Assembly (NCBI GenBank): GCA_964454175.1
Contig: CAYVSA010000045.1
Location: 1-17,364 of the forward strand
DNA: 17,364 nucleotides
Reading direction: 5' to 3'
Source of the DNA: an uncultured Pseudomonadota bacterium
Lineage (GTDB): Bacteria; BMS3Abin14
Under the pieces are notes generated by a model that had not been told where the DNA came from, did no database searches, and worked only from the letters and a program-made list of their open reading frames with translations. The position numbers and the translations under genes are program-made. The stretch's first letter is position 1; each line of letters opens with the position of its first letter. Below, piece by piece: positions 15,862-17,364 of the stretch.

Positions 15862-15893
15862 ATTTATTACTAATACTAACTTAATATTACTTT
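15862..15893 (-). promoter_or_regulatory. Three 10-bp-phased direct repeats upstream of the regulator-tupABC operon (candidate operator)
   Basis: Minus strand reads AAGTAATATT AAGTTAGTAT TAGTAATAAA. Confidence 0.5.
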
Positions 15894-15896
15894 CTT

Positions 15897-16195
15897 AACC
15901 ACAGAGCGCACAGAGGTTACAGAGAAGAGCTGCCTTTGGGGTTTATTTGAAGAGACAGGGGCCTTGCTCGCCCTTCGACAAGCTCAGGGCAGGCAGGGGG
16001 CCGCAGAGTATGGGTATACTCGACTTAAATTCCGGACCTTTAATTGAACTTTATCTCCATCACCAGACCTTTGAATACTCTGTAATACCCTGCGCGTAAC
16101 CCCGCTGAGCAGCCTGATACTGGCTGCACTGTGTTACAAGCTTTTTCTTTCGATGTAAACTCCAACAAAGGCTTTCCTCAGTGCCCTCTGTGGTT
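15897..16195. repeat. About 300-bp element bounded by 20-bp imperfect inverted repeats (MITE/REPIN-like), with an internal REP-like hairpin
   Basis: AACCACAGAGCGCACAGAGG (15897-15916) vs reverse complement of 16176-16195, AACCACAGAGGGCACTGAGG (18/20); internal GCCCTTCGACAAGCTCAGGGC at 15970-15990. Confidence 0.55.
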
Positions 16196-16282
16196 CAAAC
16201 CCGTCCTTTGATGTAAACTTCGTTTCACCGATTCCCCGATTGTGTTACAAAGTTGTGTAACCCATCCATAAATGGAGGATCC

Positions 16283-17364
16283 ATGGAAGGTACATTCGTC
16301 ATCGTACTCATCGTTATGGTCGTGGCTGTTGCGATCATGTCTGTCGCCCTCGTATTGATGATGCAGAAGGCAGGGAGGGACAAAGCCGACAACAGTCAGG
16401 AGAAGTGGATCGAGTTGATCCAGGGACAGATCGGAAGCATTAACGAACAGCTGCTTTCGCTCTCCCAGTCCACAAACCAGAGCCTCCAGGACGTCTCCAG
16501 GGGAGTTCAGGATTCTGTGCTCAAGACCCAGGGCCAGGTCAACAAACGCCTGGACGAGTCCGGAAGGCTTCTCGGGAACCTGAAGGAGCAGCTGGCTTCC
16601 CTGGAAGGTTCAAGCCAGCACATCGTGGAGTTGGGGAAGGACGTGAACAGGCTTAACGATCTGCTCAGGTCCCCCAAGCTCAGAGGCCAGTTGGGCGAGA
16701 CCATGCTGGAACAGATACTCAAACAGGTACTGCCTGCCAATATATTTGAACTGCAGTACCAGTTTTCAGATAATTCCATCGTTGATGCTGTCGTCCGGCT
16801 TGGGGAAAGGCTGGTTCCCATCGACTCCAAGTTTCCCCTGGAAAACTATCAGAAAGCCAATCAGCCCGATATTCGTGAGGACGAGAAAAACGCCCTCATG
16901 GCTGACTTCGTAAAGGACGTAAAGGCAAGGGTTAAGGAGATTGCAGATAAGTATATCAAGCCGGAAGAGAACACCTTCGATTTCGCTCTAATGTACGTAC
17001 CGGCAGAGAGTATTTACTACGAGATCATTGTCCTTGACGAAAAACCGGGCGAGGCAATGAGTATTCAGGAATACGCTACTGGCAAAAGGGTTGTGCCGGT
17101 GAGCCCCAATTCACTGCTTGCCTACCTGCAGGTGATCGCCCTGGGACTGAAGGGGATGAGCATCGAGAAGAACGCTCGCCGGATAATCGGCGATCTGGAA
17201 AAAGTCTACAAGGACTTCGACAAGTTTCAGGATCACTTCCGCAAGATCGGCGACAAGATAGACGCGTCCAGGAAGGAATACGACAAGGCTGCCGACAGGT
17301 ACAGGCTCCTGGACAGGAAGATCGTCCGTGTCACGGACCGTTCCGAGGAGATGCTCTCAATCGA
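16283..17364 (+). CDS. rmuC: DNA recombination protein RmuC (3' truncated)
   Basis: N-terminal TM and coiled coil, then PKLRGQLGETMLE, VDAVVRL, PIDSKFP, IADKYIKP, TFDFALMYVPAESIY, VSPNSL; GGAGG RBS; frame stays open to the window end. Confidence 0.93.
   Translation, partial: MEGTFVIVLIVMVVAVAIMSVALVLMMQKAGRDKADNSQEKWIELIQGQIGSINEQLLSLSQSTNQSLQDVSRGVQDSVLKTQGQVNKRLDESGRLLGNLKEQLASLEGSSQHIVELGKDVNRLNDLLRSPKLRGQLGETMLEQILKQVLPANIFELQYQFSDNSIVDAVVRLGERLVPIDSKFPLENYQKANQPDIREDEKNALMADFVKDVKARVKEIADKYIKPEENTFDFALMYVPAESIYYEIIVLDEKPGEAMSIQEYATGKRVVPVSPNSLLAYLQVIALGLKGMSIEKNARRIIGDLEKVYKDFDKFQDHFRKIGDKIDASRKEYDKAADRYRLLDRKIVRVTDRSEEMLSI

Noticed and set aside
1-17364. CRISPR array, tRNA/rRNA, transposase or prophage genes
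   Set aside because: No repeat-spacer periodicity, cloverleaf or mobile-element protein motifs were seen; the remaining short track ORFs are shadows of the listed genes.

Overview
A 17.4-kb chromosomal segment from an anaerobic bacterium. Gene content suggests a deltaproteobacterium-like organism (inference). Left half: 3' part of a ClC channel with CBS domains, a CPA1 Na+/H+ antiporter, an FlK-type thioesterase, a eukaryote-type citrate synthase, a THUMP-less ThiI/MnmA-like tRNA thiolase, an Smr protein, a CBS protein with a cation:proton antiporter, a small membrane protein and an orphan ORF. Right half: a tungsten module made of a 4Fe-4S subunit and W-dependent aldehyde oxidoreductase, convergent with an operon encoding an HTH/PBP-like (TaoR-like) regulator and tupABC, followed by rmuC (truncated). 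The main hidden feature is missing from the ORF track: a 75-aa glutaredoxin-like gene at 9416-9643 (-) with two in-frame UGA codons (UPYT and C-terminal UGV-stop), each followed by a SECIS-like hairpin. It reads as a double-selenocysteine UXX-star protein, divergent from the tungsten enzyme operon. Several intergenic regions contain 7-, 8- and 9-mer tandem repeats, REP-like hairpins and a MITE-like inverted-repeat element.
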